NCBI GenBank assembly: GCA_964474015.1
Contig: CAYYRG010000002.1
Location: forward strand, 10,581-44,242
Direction of reading: 5' to 3'
Length of the DNA stretch: 33,662 bases
From: an uncultured Anaerolineaceae bacterium
GTDB lineage: Bacteria; Chloroflexota; Anaerolineae; Anaerolineales; DRMV01
Part shown: positions 23,179 through 33,516 of the stretch, piece after piece
How the letters are laid out: each line of letters starts with the position of its first letter
How positions within the stretch are numbered: position 1 is the stretch's first letter
Notes under the pieces: generated by a model
Databases searched by the model: none
Seen by the model: the letters and a program-made list of their open reading frames with translations, nothing else
Told to the model about the DNA's origin: nothing
Made by a program: the position numbers and the translations under genes

Positions 23179-25938
23179 ATGCGCAGCCTGTTTTCCCGCT
23201 TTGAGACCACCCCGCGGCTTTCTCGCCGCCGCTTCAACCCGCGGCGCGACCTGGGCATTCGCCTGCTGGCGATTTATGCCCTCTTCGTGCTGCCATTGGT
23301 CGGCATGACGCTCTACTTCGACCGCCTGGCCACCCAGCGGCTGCACACCGACGTCGAAAGCGCCAACCTCTCGCTGGCAAAAGCCATCGCCGAAGAAACC
23401 AACCTCTCTTTGGGCAGTTTCCTGGGCGCCGCCCGCCGCCTGGGTGCCGACCCGTCGGTGCTGCACAGCAACATCGCCGCCATGCAGCCTCTGTTCGAAG
23501 CGCTTTCCCAAAGCCGCCCCGAGGTCAATCTGGTCTATCGGCTCAACGCCAAGGGCATTATGATTTACCACTACCCCCGCGGCAGCGATGTGGCCTGGTC
23601 TACCATCGGGCTGGATTTCTCCTTCCGGCCTTACTTCAAAAAAGCCCGCAACACCCACCTGCCCTTTTTCTCTCGCGGGCGCATTTCCCCCACCACCAAC
23701 GAGCCGGTGGTGACCGCTATCATGCCTCTCTGGGGTGAAGGCAACACCTTTCAGGGCGTATTAGGCATCAATGTCAGCCTGAACGCGCTCAGCCTGGCGC
23801 TGCAACAAATTGCCCAAACCCATCCCCCTACCGAAAACTTCACCATCTTCATCGTCGACAGCGAGGGGAACATCGTCGCCTCTTCCAACCTGCAACACCC
23901 CCGGCCAGGCGAAGGCCTGCTCGACAACATCACCGCCCTCGCGCCGGCCTTCGCCGACCTGCCGGGCAGCGACCGCACGACCACCCTGCTGCTCCACGTG
24001 CACGACACCGACACACTCTACGCGTACACCCCCATCCCCTCGGTCAAATGGGGCGTGCTGGTAGGGCGTTCTGCAGCCAGCGCGTTCAACACCGTGAGCG
24101 CCTTCCGCCACGCCACCCACCTGGCATTGGTGCTGGTGGTGGTCGCCGGGCTGCTGTTCTGGCTGGCGCTTTCCCGCCAGGTGCTGGGGCCGCTGGAAGA
24201 ACTGGCCGCCTACAGCCGCCACATCGGCCAGGAAGGCCCCCACCCGCCGCCGGAACGCCGCACCTTAGAAACCCTCACCCGCCGCACCGACCAGGTCGGC
24301 CACCTGGCGCGTACCCTGCTGCGCATGGAAGCCGACATTGCCGCCCGGATGCAAGAACTGCATACCCTGCTGGAAACCAGCGCGGCGGTGGCTTCCACCC
24401 TCGACTCGCGCACCGTGCTGGCGCGCATCTTGGCGCAGGTCGAGCGCCTGCTGGATGTTGAAAAATGCGCCATCATCGCCTGGGACGAACAACGCCAGGC
24501 TTTCATCGCCAAAGCCAGCCGCGGCCTTTCACCCCAATATGCCGAGCGGCTGGTCATTGGTCGCGACGAATTCAACTCGCTCACCCTGCGCGCCCTGCAG
24601 GCCAACCGACCTCTGCAAATCAGCGACACCGAAACCGACCCCACCGCCACGGCCATCCGACCGCGTGCACGCGCGGAAGGCTATCGCGCTGTGCTGGCCG
24701 TGCCCCTGCCCACGCAGCATACCCCGCCGGCAGCCCTGGTGGTCTATTACCCCAAGCCGCACACCTTCACCCCCCAGGAAATCGACCTGCTGACCTCCTT
24801 CGCCAATCATGCGGCGATGGCTATTGAAAACGCGGCCCTGTTTGCCCGCTCTGACGCCCGCCTGCAAGAACAAACCCGCCGCCTGGAAGCCCTCATCCAA
24901 TCTATGGGCGACGCGCTGCTGCTGGAAGACCACGCCGGGCGAGTGCTCTACGCCAACCGGCGAATGGCCGCGCTGGCCGACCTGCCCCCCGAAGACCTCA
25001 CCGGCACCGAAGCCGAGCGGGTGGTGCAACGCATTCTCACCCACGCCCCCAACACCGCGGCAGCGCGCGCCGCGCTGGCCCGCGCCGCTGCCGAAGGCGC
25101 CGCCGAAATCAACCTCCGCCTGCGCGGCCGCCTGACCACCTGGCAGGTGCAAATCTTCTCCGTGACCGATTCCCAGGGTGTGGCCATCGGCCACGGGCAG
25201 ATCTGGAAAGACATCACCGCCGACCGCGAAATCGACCGCATGAAAGCCAGCCTGATGTCCACCGTTTCCCACGAACTGCGCACCCCCCTGGCCGCCATCA
25301 AAGGCTACGTCTCCACCCTGCTGGCCGAAGATGTCTCGTGGGACGCGGAAGCCCAGCGCGAATTCCTGCTGACCATTTCCGAGGAAACCGACCGCCTGAG
25401 CGACCTGGTGAGCGACCTGCTCGACCTTTCCCGCATCGAAGGGGGCAGCCTGAAGGTGCGCCGCGCCCTCATTGACTTGAAAGCCATCATTGCCCGCGCC
25501 GCGCAAAGCGCCCACCCCTCCCCCGGCGACCGGCTGGAGGTGCATCTGCCCGACGACCTGCCCCCCCTCCTGGCCGATCCGCGGCACATTGAAGTGGTGC
25601 TGCGCAACCTCATCGAAAATGCGGTCAAATACGGCGGCGAAGACTCCCCCGTACGCGTCACCATCACCGTGGAAACCGAGCACCTGGTCGTCCGCGTTGA
25701 AGACGAAGGCCCCGGCATTCCCCCTGAACACGTGCCCCATATTTTCGAAAGCTTTTACCGCGTCGAAGGGGGGCTGACGCGCCAGGCTTCCGGCGCGGGG
25801 CTGGGGCTCGCCATTTGCCGCGGCTTCGTGGAAGCCCACGGCGGTAAAATTTGGGTTGAACCGCGCGCTCGCGGCACGTGCATTGCCTTTTCTCTACCGC
25901 TGAACCCGCCCGAGGACGACGAAACTTCCCCCGCATAG
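23179..25938 (+). CDS. Sensor histidine kinase (extracytoplasmic Cache-like, HAMP, GAF, PAS, HisKA, HATPase_c)
   Basis: Two TM segments flank a sensor domain of about 250 aa. H-box SHELRTPL, N-box NLIENAVKY, G1 DEGPGI, G2 GAGLGLAI. Confidence 0.88.
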   Translation: MRSLFSRFETTPRLSRRRFNPRRDLGIRLLAIYALFVLPLVGMTLYFDRLATQRLHTDVESANLSLAKAIAEETNLSLGSFLGAARRLGADPSVLHSNIAAMQPLFEALSQSRPEVNLVYRLNAKGIMIYHYPRGSDVAWSTIGLDFSFRPYFKKARNTHLPFFSRGRISPTTNEPVVTAIMPLWGEGNTFQGVLGINVSLNALSLALQQIAQTHPPTENFTIFIVDSEGNIVASSNLQHPRPGEGLLDNITALAPAFADLPGSDRTTTLLLHVHDTDTLYAYTPIPSVKWGVLVGRSAASAFNTVSAFRHATHLALVLVVVAGLLFWLALSRQVLGPLEELAAYSRHIGQEGPHPPPERRTLETLTRRTDQVGHLARTLLRMEADIAARMQELHTLLETSAAVASTLDSRTVLARILAQVERLLDVEKCAIIAWDEQRQAFIAKASRGLSPQYAERLVIGRDEFNSLTLRALQANRPLQISDTETDPTATAIRPRARAEGYRAVLAVPLPTQHTPPAALVVYYPKPHTFTPQEIDLLTSFANHAAMAIENAALFARSDARLQEQTRRLEALIQSMGDALLLEDHAGRVLYANRRMAALADLPPEDLTGTEAERVVQRILTHAPNTAAARAALARAAAEGAAEINLRLRGRLTTWQVQIFSVTDSQGVAIGHGQIWKDITADREIDRMKASLMSTVSHELRTPLAAIKGYVSTLLAEDVSWDAEAQREFLLTISEETDRLSDLVSDLLDLSRIEGGSLKVRRALIDLKAIIARAAQSAHPSPGDRLEVHLPDDLPPLLADPRHIEVVLRNLIENAVKYGGEDSPVRVTITVETEHLVVRVEDEGPGIPPEHVPHIFESFYRVEGGLTRQASGAGLGLAICRGFVEAHGGKIWVEPRARGTCIAFSLPLNPPEDDETSPA

Positions 25939-25948
25939 AGGAGGTCGT

Positions 25949-26644
25949 ATGGACGCCCAACACCCCACCGTGCTGGTCGTAGACGATGCCAAAAGCCTGC
26001 GCGAATTCGTGCGCCGCAACCTGGATGTGCGCGGCTATCGCGTGGTCACTGCCGTCAACGGCACCGACGCGCTGGCGCAATTCCAGACGCATGACATCGA
26101 CCTCGTCATCCTCGATCTCATCATGCCCCAAATGGACGGCCTGGAAGTCATTCGCCGCCTGCGGCTGACTTCCAACGTGCCCATCATCGTGCTTTCCGCC
26201 TTGGGCGAAGAAAGCACAAAAATTCAGGCCCTCAATCGCGGCGCCGATGACTACCTCACCAAACCCTTCGGCGTGGGTGAGCTGCTGGCGCGGGTGCAGG
26301 CTGTCTTACGACGGGCACAACAGGCGCCCCAAAAGCAGGAAAGCCCGGTCATCGTGCGCGGCCCCATCGTGCTGGATCGAGAGCGCCACGAAGTGACCAT
26401 CCATGGGCACCCCATCAACCTGACCCCCACCGAATTCAGCCTGCTGGAATACCTCATGCGGAACGCGGGCAAAGTGCTGCCCCATCGCGCCATTTTGCAG
26501 AACGTCTGGGGGCCGGAATATGGGCAGGAAGCCGAATACCTGCGGGTTTACATTGGCCGCCTGCGCCAGAAAATCGAACCCGACCCCAACAACCCTCGCT
26601 ACCTGCGCACCGAGCGCGGGGTAGGGTATTCCTTCAACGCGTGA
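25949..26644 (+). CDS. OmpR-family response regulator
   Basis: Receiver domain (VDD...LVILDLIMP...KP) plus a winged-helix C-terminus (LTPTEFSLLEYL...YLRTERGVGYSF). Confidence 0.92.
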   Translation: MDAQHPTVLVVDDAKSLREFVRRNLDVRGYRVVTAVNGTDALAQFQTHDIDLVILDLIMPQMDGLEVIRRLRLTSNVPIIVLSALGEESTKIQALNRGADDYLTKPFGVGELLARVQAVLRRAQQAPQKQESPVIVRGPIVLDRERHEVTIHGHPINLTPTEFSLLEYLMRNAGKVLPHRAILQNVWGPEYGQEAEYLRVYIGRLRQKIEPDPNNPRYLRTERGVGYSFNA

Positions 26645-26762
26645 CATCGCGCGCCGCGCCATCCTCCTGGGGGAGAAACCGCCAGCCCCACCGCTGCGGG
26701 GCTTCCCTCCGCCTGGCAAGCCATCGCGACGAAAAACCACAGGCCGGGGGCGGAAAGCACGT

Positions 26763-26768
26763 TACAAT
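26763..26768 (+). promoter_or_regulatory. Possible -10 box (TACAAT), leaderless mnmA
   Basis: TACAAT, then 6 nt (ttcccc), then ATG 26775. There is no SD and no clear -35. Confidence 0.4.
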
Positions 26769-26774
26769 TTCCCC

Positions 26775-27860
26775 ATGACTGCCTTACCGACCGTAGCCGT
26801 TGCCATGAGCGGCGGCGTGGATAGTTCCGTCGCCGCCGCCCTGTTGCGCGCCGAAGGCTACCGGGTGTTCGGCATCATGCTGCGGCTGTGGACCGAGCCG
26901 GGGCAGGAAGCCGAAAACCGCTGCTGCACCCTCGAAGCCACGGACCTCGCCCGCCATATCGCCCGCCAGCTCGATATTCCTTTTCATCTGGTTGACGCCC
27001 GGCAAACCTTCCGGGAAACGGTAGTGCAATACTTTTTGGAAGGCTACACCGGCGGCATAACCCCAAACCCCTGCCTGGTGTGCAATCGGGAAATTCGATG
27101 GGGGCTGCTCTGGCAACATGCCCGCGCCCTGGGGGCTGACTTCCTGGCAACCGGCCACTACGCGCGGTTACAACGCGATGCCACCGGCCAGGTGCACCTC
27201 TTGCAAGGGGTGGACGAGGGCAAAGACCAATCGTATGTGCTCAGTCGCCTGACGCAAGCGCAGTTGCAACACACCCTGTTGCCCATCGGGGCTTATACCA
27301 AAGACAAAGTGCGACAAATGGCACGCGCTTTCCACCTGCCGGTGGCCAACCGCCCCGACAGCCAGGATTTATGCTTTCTGGCCGGAGGCGACTATCGCGA
27401 CTTTTTGCGCCGCCACGCGCCAGAGGTCGAGCGCCCTGGCCCCATCTACGACACCAGCGGCCAGCGGCTGGGCACCCATCGCGGGCTGGCCTTCTACACC
27501 ATCGGCCAGCGTAAAGGGCTGGGGCTGGCCGCACCGCGCCCGCTCTATGTGCTCGCCAAAGACACCACGCGCAACGCCCTCATCGTAGGCCCCCGGGAAG
27601 CCCTGGGCCAGCGCGTGCTCGCAGCCGCCCAGGCCAACTGGATCGTGCCGCCACCGCAGGGGACCTTCCGGGCGCAGGTGCAAATTCGGGCCACGGCTCG
27701 CCCCCAACCAGCAGAGGTGACGCCGCTGCCAGAAAGCCGTTTTCGGGTGGTCTTCGACCAACCCCAGCGCGATATCACCCCCGGCCAGGCCGCCGCCGTG
27801 TATGTGGGCGCGGAATGCCTGGGCAGTGGCATCATCATCCAGGCCGCCGACGGCGATTGA
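26775..27860 (+). CDS. mnmA: tRNA 2-thiouridine(34) synthase
   Basis: PP-loop VAMSGGVDSS, NPCxxCN, ATGHYAR and DQSY motifs. Confidence 0.93.
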   Translation: MTALPTVAVAMSGGVDSSVAAALLRAEGYRVFGIMLRLWTEPGQEAENRCCTLEATDLARHIARQLDIPFHLVDARQTFRETVVQYFLEGYTGGITPNPCLVCNREIRWGLLWQHARALGADFLATGHYARLQRDATGQVHLLQGVDEGKDQSYVLSRLTQAQLQHTLLPIGAYTKDKVRQMARAFHLPVANRPDSQDLCFLAGGDYRDFLRRHAPEVERPGPIYDTSGQRLGTHRGLAFYTIGQRKGLGLAAPRPLYVLAKDTTRNALIVGPREALGQRVLAAAQANWIVPPPQGTFRAQVQIRATARPQPAEVTPLPESRFRVVFDQPQRDITPGQAAAVYVGAECLGSGIIIQAADGD

Positions 27861-27905
27861 AGTGCATGCCCCTCCCTTTGCCGCCCGTGGCCGCAGGAGA
27901 AAACG

Positions 27906-28175
27906 ATGACTTTTCCCGCCTTTCTCTTTGGCACGTTGCTGGCCTTGCTTTACGGCGCCGTCTTTCACCTCTGGAAAAACGGCGGCCCTTTCCATCTGCT
28001 TGCCGACCTGGCGCTGGGTTGGGCCGGCTTTTGGAGCGGCCACCTGTTGGCGACCTTCCTGGGCTGGCAATGGGATCTGATCGGCGTGCTGCACTTCTGG
28101 GTGAGCACCGCAGCAGCCGCGGCCTTCCTGCTGGCCGGGCACTTTCTCATGCAGCCACCGCAATCATCACACTAA
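27906..28175 (+). CDS. Small hydrophobic membrane protein (hypothetical)
   Basis: 89 aa with three predicted TM helices, an AGGAG SD 7 nt upstream and coding-like GC3. Confidence 0.5.
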   Translation: MTFPAFLFGTLLALLYGAVFHLWKNGGPFHLLADLALGWAGFWSGHLLATFLGWQWDLIGVLHFWVSTAAAAAFLLAGHFLMQPPQSSH

Positions 28176-28194
28176 TCACACTAATAAGACTAAT
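28168..28194 (+). repeat. Three tandem 9-mers CACACTAAT CACACTAAT AAGACTAAT
   Basis: Read directly from the sequence. This is an AT-rich island in a GC-rich genome, immediately upstream of the sucC promoter. Confidence 0.85.
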
Positions 28195-28214
28195 CCGACC
28201 AAATGCCAAAACGG

Positions 28215-28223
28215 TGGTATAAT
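28215..28223 (+). promoter_or_regulatory. Extended -10 promoter (TGGTATAAT) of sucCD
   Basis: TGnTATAAT consensus about 52 nt upstream of the sucC ATG, with a GGGGAG SD before the ATG. Confidence 0.6.
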
Positions 28224-28275
28224 AGCGCCGTTCCAACCCAACCCTGGGCTACGGCCCGAAAACCGGGGAGCTTTT

Positions 28276-29418
28276 ATGAAACTACACGAGTACCAATCCA
28301 AGCAAATCTTTGCGAAGTATGGCGTCCCCATTCCAAAGGGGCGCGTCGCGGCCACGGCTGCAGAAGCGCGCGAAATTGCTGCAGAACTGGGTGGCCGCGT
28401 CGTCGTTAAGGCGCAGGTGCTGGTGGGCGGTCGCGGCAAAGCCGGCGGCATCAAACTTGCCAACAGCCCTGAAGAAGCCGAAGCCCACGCCACCGCCATC
28501 CTTTCCATGAAATTGAAAGGGTTGCCGGTGCGCAAAGTGCTGGTCGATGAGGCAGCCCACATCGCCAAGGAAATTTACCTCGGCATCACCAACGACCGGG
28601 CAGCCCGTAAACCGGTGATGATGGCCTCTGCCGAAGGCGGCGTGGAAATCGAAGAAGTCGCCCGCAAAACCCCTGAGAAGATCATCAAAATCCACATCGA
28701 CCCGCTGCTGGGGCTGCGCGGCTACCAGACCCGCGACCTGGCCTTAGGCATCGACCTGCCGAAAGAATACTGGAAGGATTTCAGCAAGGTGTGCTTCGGC
28801 CTCTGGGAAGCCTACCAGAAGAGCGACGCCACCTTGGCCGAAATCAACCCCCTGGTGGTGACCGAGGAAGGCCAGGTGCTGGCCGTGGATGGGAAGATGA
28901 TCGTCGACGACAACGCCCTCTTCCGCCACCCCGACATTGCCGAAATGCGCGACCTGGATGTGGAAGCCCCTGAAGAGGTAGAAGCGCGCAAATATGGGCT
29001 TTCCTACATCAAACTGGAAGGCGACATCGGCTGCATGGTCAACGGCGCGGGGCTTGCCATGACCACGATGGACGTCATCAAACTCTACGGCGGCGAACCG
29101 GCCAACTTCTTAGACATTGGCGGTGGGGCCAATGCCGAAAAAGTCGCCGCGGCCTTCCGCATCATCCTCTCCGAGCCCAATGTCAAAGCCGTGCTCATCA
29201 ACATTTTCGGCGGCATTACCCGCGGCGATGAGGTCGCCAAAGGCATTTTGGCCGCGATGGAAGAGGTCAAACCCGAAGTCCCGATGGTCGCCCGGATTGT
29301 GGGCACCAACGCCGAAGAAGGGCGGCGCTTGTTGGCCAACGCCAACATGATCACCGCCGATACCCTGGTCGAAGCAGCCCAAAAAGCCGTGGCTGCCGCA
29401 AAGGGAGGTGCCCAATGA
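28276..29418 (+). CDS. sucC: Succinate--CoA ligase (ADP-forming) subunit beta
   Basis: [19 protein letters not shown]-terminus, ATP-grasp, [14 protein letters not shown]. Confidence 0.95.
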   Translation: MKLHEYQSKQIFAKYGVPIPKGRVAATAAEAREIAAELGGRVVVKAQVLVGGRGKAGGIKLANSPEEAEAHATAILSMKLKGLPVRKVLVDEAAHIAKEIYLGITNDRAARKPVMMASAEGGVEIEEVARKTPEKIIKIHIDPLLGLRGYQTRDLALGIDLPKEYWKDFSKVCFGLWEAYQKSDATLAEINPLVVTEEGQVLAVDGKMIVDDNALFRHPDIAEMRDLDVEAPEEVEARKYGLSYIKLEGDIGCMVNGAGLAMTTMDVIKLYGGEPANFLDIGGGANAEKVAAAFRIILSEPNVKAVLINIFGGITRGDEVAKGILAAMEEVKPEVPMVARIVGTNAEEGRRLLANANMITADTLVEAAQKAVAAAKGGAQ

Positions 29419-30284
29419 GCATCTTAGTGAACAAAGACACCCGCCTGGTCGTTCAAGGGATTACCGGCCGCGAAGGCATGTTCCACACCACCCAGATGGT
29501 GGCCTACGGCACCAAGGTGGTCGCCGGCGTCACCCCCGGCAAGGGCGGCCAATGGGTGCTCGACGACAAAATTCCGGTCTTTGATACCGTCAAAGCCGCA
29601 GTGGAAACCACTGGCGCCAACACCAGCGTGATTTTCGTGCCGGCTCGCTTTGCCGCGGACGCCATCTTTGAGGCCGCGGACGCGGGCGTGGAGCTCATCG
29701 TCTGCATCACCGAAGGCATTCCGGTGCAGGATATGATGCGCGTGCGGGCTTACCTCGATCAGAAAGGCTCGCGCCTGGTCGGCCCGAACTGCCCCGGCCT
29801 CTTGACCCCCGGTGAGGCCAAAGTGGGCATCATCCCCGGCAACATTGCCATCCCCGGCAATGTGGGCGTGGTCTCCCGTTCGGGCACGCTGACCTACGAA
29901 GTGCTTTATGCCATGAAGCTGCTGGGCATCGGGGCCAGCACCACCGTGGGCATCGGCGGCGACCCGGTCAACGGCACCAGCTTCCTCGACACGCTGAAGA
30001 TGTTTGAAGAAGACCCACAAACCGAGAAAGTGGTGCTGATTGGCGAAATCGGCGGCACCGACGAACAAAAAGCCGCCCAATACATTGCCGATCACATGAC
30101 CAAGCCGGTGGTGGCCTTCATCGCCGGGCAAACGGCGCCTCCGGGTAAACGCATGGGGCATGCGGGCGCCATCGTGGAAGGCGGCGAAGGCACCGCAGCC
30201 GAAAAGGTCGAGGCGCTGGAAGCCGCAGGCGTGAAAGTGGCCAAACACCCCGAAGAAATCGCCCACATTCTCAAGAGCCTGTAA
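29415..30284 (+). CDS. sucD: Succinate--CoA ligase subunit alpha
   Basis: [25 protein letters not shown] and the MGHAGAIV phosphohistidine loop. 4-nt overlap with sucC. Confidence 0.95.
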   Translation: MSILVNKDTRLVVQGITGREGMFHTTQMVAYGTKVVAGVTPGKGGQWVLDDKIPVFDTVKAAVETTGANTSVIFVPARFAADAIFEAADAGVELIVCITEGIPVQDMMRVRAYLDQKGSRLVGPNCPGLLTPGEAKVGIIPGNIAIPGNVGVVSRSGTLTYEVLYAMKLLGIGASTTVGIGGDPVNGTSFLDTLKMFEEDPQTEKVVLIGEIGGTDEQKAAQYIADHMTKPVVAFIAGQTAPPGKRMGHAGAIVEGGEGTAAEKVEALEAAGVKVAKHPEEIAHILKSL

Positions 30285-30300
30285 CCTCCGGCGCAGCCGA

Positions 30301-30345
30301 AGGAAAACAAACATCCCCTTGCTCTACCGCAAGGGGATGTTTTTC
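30301..30345. terminator. Bidirectional intrinsic terminator
   Basis: 11-bp perfect stem ACATCCCCTTG / CAAGGGGATGT with an 8-nt loop. It is followed by TTTT(C) on the plus strand and TTTGTTTTCC on the minus strand, between the convergent sucD and lipoprotein genes. Confidence 0.8.
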
Positions 30346-30420
30346 ATGATGCCAGGGCGTGGGGGCGGGGCGCCGCTTGAAGTGCGGCACGCTGCCCCTG
30401 GGTTTGGCAAGCCGGGGCGT

Positions 30421-30849
30421 TCACGGCCTGGCGACCGAAATCGCCACGGTCACAAAATGCCCGCGGACGTCATAGCGCAGGCTGAGCACTACCCGGTCGC
30501 CCGCCGGTTTGGCGCGCGCCAGTTTCGCCACGTAGCCCACCACCGTATCTTGGGCGGCAGTCTGTTGCCAGCCATAGCGCGGCAACACTTCCTGGTAATA
30601 ATCCAGCACTTCCCCCAACAGCGCCTTGACCCGATACACCACCAGGGTGCCGGCCTTTTGCACCTGAACATCGTAAGCCCCCGGCATCAAAGGGACGTCA
30701 TCCGGCACGCCAGCGGGGGCAGGTAGCGAAGAAGCCAGAGAAAACGTCGGTGTGGCTGTCGCCAGCATCGGCGACGCCGTCACCGGCGGCTTCCCGCAAC
30801 CCGATGCCGCCGCCAACGCCAGCATTCCCAGCCACACCCACCAGCGCAT
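30421..30849 (-). CDS. Hypothetical lipoprotein
   Basis: Signal peptide with lipobox LAAASGC, GAGGAG SD, 142 aa. Confidence 0.6.
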   Translation of the reverse strand: MRWWVWLGMLALAAASGCGKPPVTASPMLATATPTFSLASSLPAPAGVPDDVPLMPGAYDVQVQKAGTLVVYRVKALLGEVLDYYQEVLPRYGWQQTAAQDTVVGYVAKLARAKPAGDRVVLSLRYDVRGHFVTVAISVARP

Positions 30850-30970
30850 TTTCGCTCCTCGCGAAAAACAAAGCGGGCTTTGGCAAACCCTTCTGTCAAA
30901 ACCCGCCTGAGTTTGTTGACAAACCGGTGCCCGTAGGCGCCGGTTCGATTGACCCTTTCGCCCGCGGAAG

Positions 30971-31210
30971 TTACAGGCGCTCTTCGATGTATTTCACCGC
31001 TTCGCCCACCGTCGTGATGTTTTGAGCATCCTCGTCGGGGATCTCGGCATCGAACTTGTCTTCCAGCGCCATGATCAATTCCACCAGGTCGAGCGAATCG
31101 GCTTCCAGGTCTTCCCGAAAACGCGCATCCATCGTGACTTTCTCGGGGTCGACGCCTAACAGGTCGACAATGATTTCTTTGACCTCTTCATAGACGTTCA
31201 CGTCCGCCAT
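30971..31210 (-). CDS. acpP: Acyl carrier protein
   Basis: 79 aa with the [16 protein letters not shown] phosphopantetheine-attachment motif and an AGGAGG SD. Confidence 0.93.
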   Translation of the reverse strand: MADVNVYEEVKEIIVDLLGVDPEKVTMDARFREDLEADSLDLVELIMALEDKFDAEIPDEDAQNITTVGEAVKYIEERL

Positions 31211-31246
31211 GTTATGCCTCCTGAGAAAAGTGGTAAAGCCGTGCTA

Positions 31247-31275
31247 ATTGTAACCCGCCTCGGCGGCCTGCGCAA
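31247..31275 (-). promoter_or_regulatory. Possible promoter of acpP
   Basis: Minus strand has TTGCGC (31275-31270), a 17-nt spacer and TACAAT (31252-31247). Confidence 0.4.
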
Positions 31276-31280
31276 GGTCG

Positions 31281-31309
31281 TTGACAACCCATGGGCGGGC
31301 TGGTAAGAT
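31281..31309 (+). promoter_or_regulatory. Sigma-70-type promoter of the fni / polyprenyl synthase operon
   Basis: TTGACA (31281-31286), a 17-nt spacer and TAAGAT (31304-31309), 24 nt upstream of ATG 31334. Confidence 0.6.
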
Positions 31310-31333
31310 ACTCAAAGCAGGGAACACCCCACC

Positions 31334-32365
31334 ATGAAAAAAGTTACGCCCATCGGACGGCGCAAAGCCGAACATATCCGCATCAATCTGGAAGAAGACG
31401 TCCGCTCGGGCTTGAGCACCGGGCTGGAAAAATATCGTTTTGTGCATCAGGCGCTGCCAGAACTGGACCTGGAAGCCATCGATACCCGTCTGAGGCTGTT
31501 CGGGAGGCAGTTGCAGGCACCGGTGCTGATTTCTTCGATGACCGGCGGCACCGCCGAGGCAGCCCGCATCAACCGCAACCTGGCGCAGGCAGCCCAGATG
31601 CACGGCGTGGCCCTGGGCGTAGGCTCGCAGCGGGCGGCGTTAGAGCACCCCGCGCTGGCGCCAACCTTTCAAGTGCGGCAGGAAGCCCCCGATATTCTCC
31701 TTTTTGCCAATCTGGGCGCCGTGCAACTCAATTATGGTTATACCGCCGACCACTGCCGCCGGGCTGTGGCCATGATCGAGGCCGACGCCCTCATTTTGCA
31801 CCTCAACCCCTTGCAGGAAGCCCTGCAACCCGAAGGCGACACCCGCTTCAGCGGCCTGGTGCGCAAAATCGAAGCCGTGTGCCAGGCGCTGGAAGTGCCG
31901 GTGGTGGTCAAAGAAGTCGGTTGGGGCATCTCCGAACAGGCAGCCCGGATGCTGGCCGACGCCGGTGTAGCCGCAATCGACGTCGCGGGTGCAGGCGGCA
32001 CCTCTTGGAGCCAGGTCGAAATGCACCGCGCGGCCACCACCATGCAACGCCAGCTGGCTGCCGCGTTCGTCAATTGGGGCATTCCAACGGCGGAATCTAT
32101 CCTCGCAGTGCGCCGCGCCGCGCCGCAACTGCCGGTGTTTGCTTCGGGGGGGCTGCGCACCGGCATCGACATTGCCAAAAGCCTCGCCCTGGGCGCCACC
32201 CTGGGCGGTATGGCCGGACGGCTGCTGGCCGCCGCAACCGAATCGGCTGAGGCTGCAGCCGAAGCCCTGCACCTCATCATTCAGGAACTACGCGTCGCCA
32301 TGTTTGCCGCGGGTGCCGCCGACCTCGAAGCCCTGCACCACACACCGCTGCAGCGCGTCCCCTAA
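31334..32365 (+). CDS. fni: Type 2 isopentenyl-diphosphate delta-isomerase (FMN-dependent)
   Basis: RKAEHIRI N-terminus, [25 protein letters not shown] and [18 protein letters not shown] blocks. Confidence 0.9.
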   Translation: MKKVTPIGRRKAEHIRINLEEDVRSGLSTGLEKYRFVHQALPELDLEAIDTRLRLFGRQLQAPVLISSMTGGTAEAARINRNLAQAAQMHGVALGVGSQRAALEHPALAPTFQVRQEAPDILLFANLGAVQLNYGYTADHCRRAVAMIEADALILHLNPLQEALQPEGDTRFSGLVRKIEAVCQALEVPVVVKEVGWGISEQAARMLADAGVAAIDVAGAGGTSWSQVEMHRAATTMQRQLAAAFVNWGIPTAESILAVRRAAPQLPVFASGGLRTGIDIAKSLALGATLGGMAGRLLAAATESAEAAAEALHLIIQELRVAMFAAGAADLEALHHTPLQRVP

Positions 32366-32384
32366 CCCTCTGGATGGAGACACC

Positions 32385-33413
32385 ATGCCCATACCTTTGC
32401 CCCTGCGTGCCTATCAGGAAAACATGTTGCCCGCCGTCGAAGAAGCGATGGAAGCCATCGTGGAGCGCGCCCATTGCCAGGCCGACGATGGCCTCTACGA
32501 CATGCTGGCTTATCACCTGGGCTGGCAGGGGGAAGGCGCGGGGCCAGCCGCGCGCGGCAAACGGATTCGCCCCTTGCTATTGCTGCTCACCGTCGAAGCC
32601 GCGGGCGGCCAGTGGCGGCGCGCCGTGCCCGCAGCCGCAGCAGTAGAGCTGCTGCACAACTTCTCCCTCATCCACGACGACATCGAAGACAACGGCGACA
32701 CCCGCCGAGGCCGCCCCACCGTGTGGAAACGCTGGGGGCTCCCATTGGGCCTCAACAGCGGCGACGCACTTTTCACCTTGGCCAACATCGCCGTGTTGGA
32801 GCTCCACCCCCCCATCGATGCTGAAACCACCCTGCAAGCCGCCCGCATCTTACACCAAACCGCTCTGCACCTCACCAAAGGCCAGCACCTGGATATTTCC
32901 TACGAAGACCGCCCCACCGTAAGCATTGAGGCCTACTGGCAAATGGTGGAAGGCAAAACCGCGGCGTTGCTGGCCGCCTGCACCGAACTCGGCGCACTGC
33001 TGGCTGGCGTCCCCGACGTCCAGCGCCGCGCTTACCACGAATTTGGGCGCATGTTGGGGCTGGCCTTCCAGGCATGGGACGACTATCTGGGCATTTGGGG
33101 CGATGCGGCGCTCACCGGCAAATCGGTGACCGGCGACTTGATGGAACGCAAGAAAACCCTGCCGGTGCTCTACGGGCTGGAGCAGCAAGGGGCCTTTGCC
33201 CGGGCATGGGCAGGCGGAAGCCCCCACACCCCGGAAGAAGTACCCGCCCTGGCCGCGGCGCTGGAAGCCGATGGTGCACGGGCTTACACTGAAGCCACCG
33301 CCGCCAGCCTGACCGGCGAGGCGCTGCAAGCCCTCGAAAAAGCCGCCCCCCAGGGTGCAGCGGGCGAAGCCTTGCGCCAGCTGGCGCAGTTGCTGCTGCA
33401 ACGCGCCCATTAA
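32385..33413 (+). CDS. Polyprenyl diphosphate synthase (GGPP synthase-like)
   Basis: First Asp-rich motif LIHDDIEDNGDTRRGRPT, second motif FQAWDDYLGIWGD (the actinobacterial-style DDxxG..GD variant), GKxxxxDLxxxKKT. Start at ATG 32385, within the longer 31989 ORF. Confidence 0.85.
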   Translation: MPIPLPLRAYQENMLPAVEEAMEAIVERAHCQADDGLYDMLAYHLGWQGEGAGPAARGKRIRPLLLLLTVEAAGGQWRRAVPAAAAVELLHNFSLIHDDIEDNGDTRRGRPTVWKRWGLPLGLNSGDALFTLANIAVLELHPPIDAETTLQAARILHQTALHLTKGQHLDISYEDRPTVSIEAYWQMVEGKTAALLAACTELGALLAGVPDVQRRAYHEFGRMLGLAFQAWDDYLGIWGDAALTGKSVTGDLMERKKTLPVLYGLEQQGAFARAWAGGSPHTPEEVPALAAALEADGARAYTEATAASLTGEALQALEKAAPQGAAGEALRQLAQLLLQRAH

Positions 33414-33418
33414 ACAGG

Positions 33419-33450
33419 CGCCTGGCCTTCGGCTTTGCTCAGGCCAGGCG
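33419..33450. terminator. Hairpin between convergent genes (weak terminator candidate)
   Basis: Perfect 9-bp stem CGCCTGGCC / GGCCAGGCG with a 14-nt loop. There is no good T-tract on either strand. Confidence 0.25.
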
Positions 33451-33516
33451 AGGCTCATCGGGGGATGAGAGATTGGCTGATGGGCAGAGTTTTGTCAGTC
33501 AATCAGCCTTGAAGGC

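Noticed and set aside
18302-25839. Other large shadow ORFs: 18302-20248 (-), 20288-21118 (-), 21145-22374 (-), 21228-22907 (+), 22795-23658 (-), 24529-25839 (-). ORF 29424-30314 (-) lies outside this range but is the same kind of artefact.
   Set aside because: Each overlaps a gene with clear family motifs (DUF255 protein, udk, DedA/YqaA-like protein, M20 peptidase, histidine kinase, sucD). Each has the repetitive G/A/R/P/H-rich composition of non-coding frames in GC-rich DNA.
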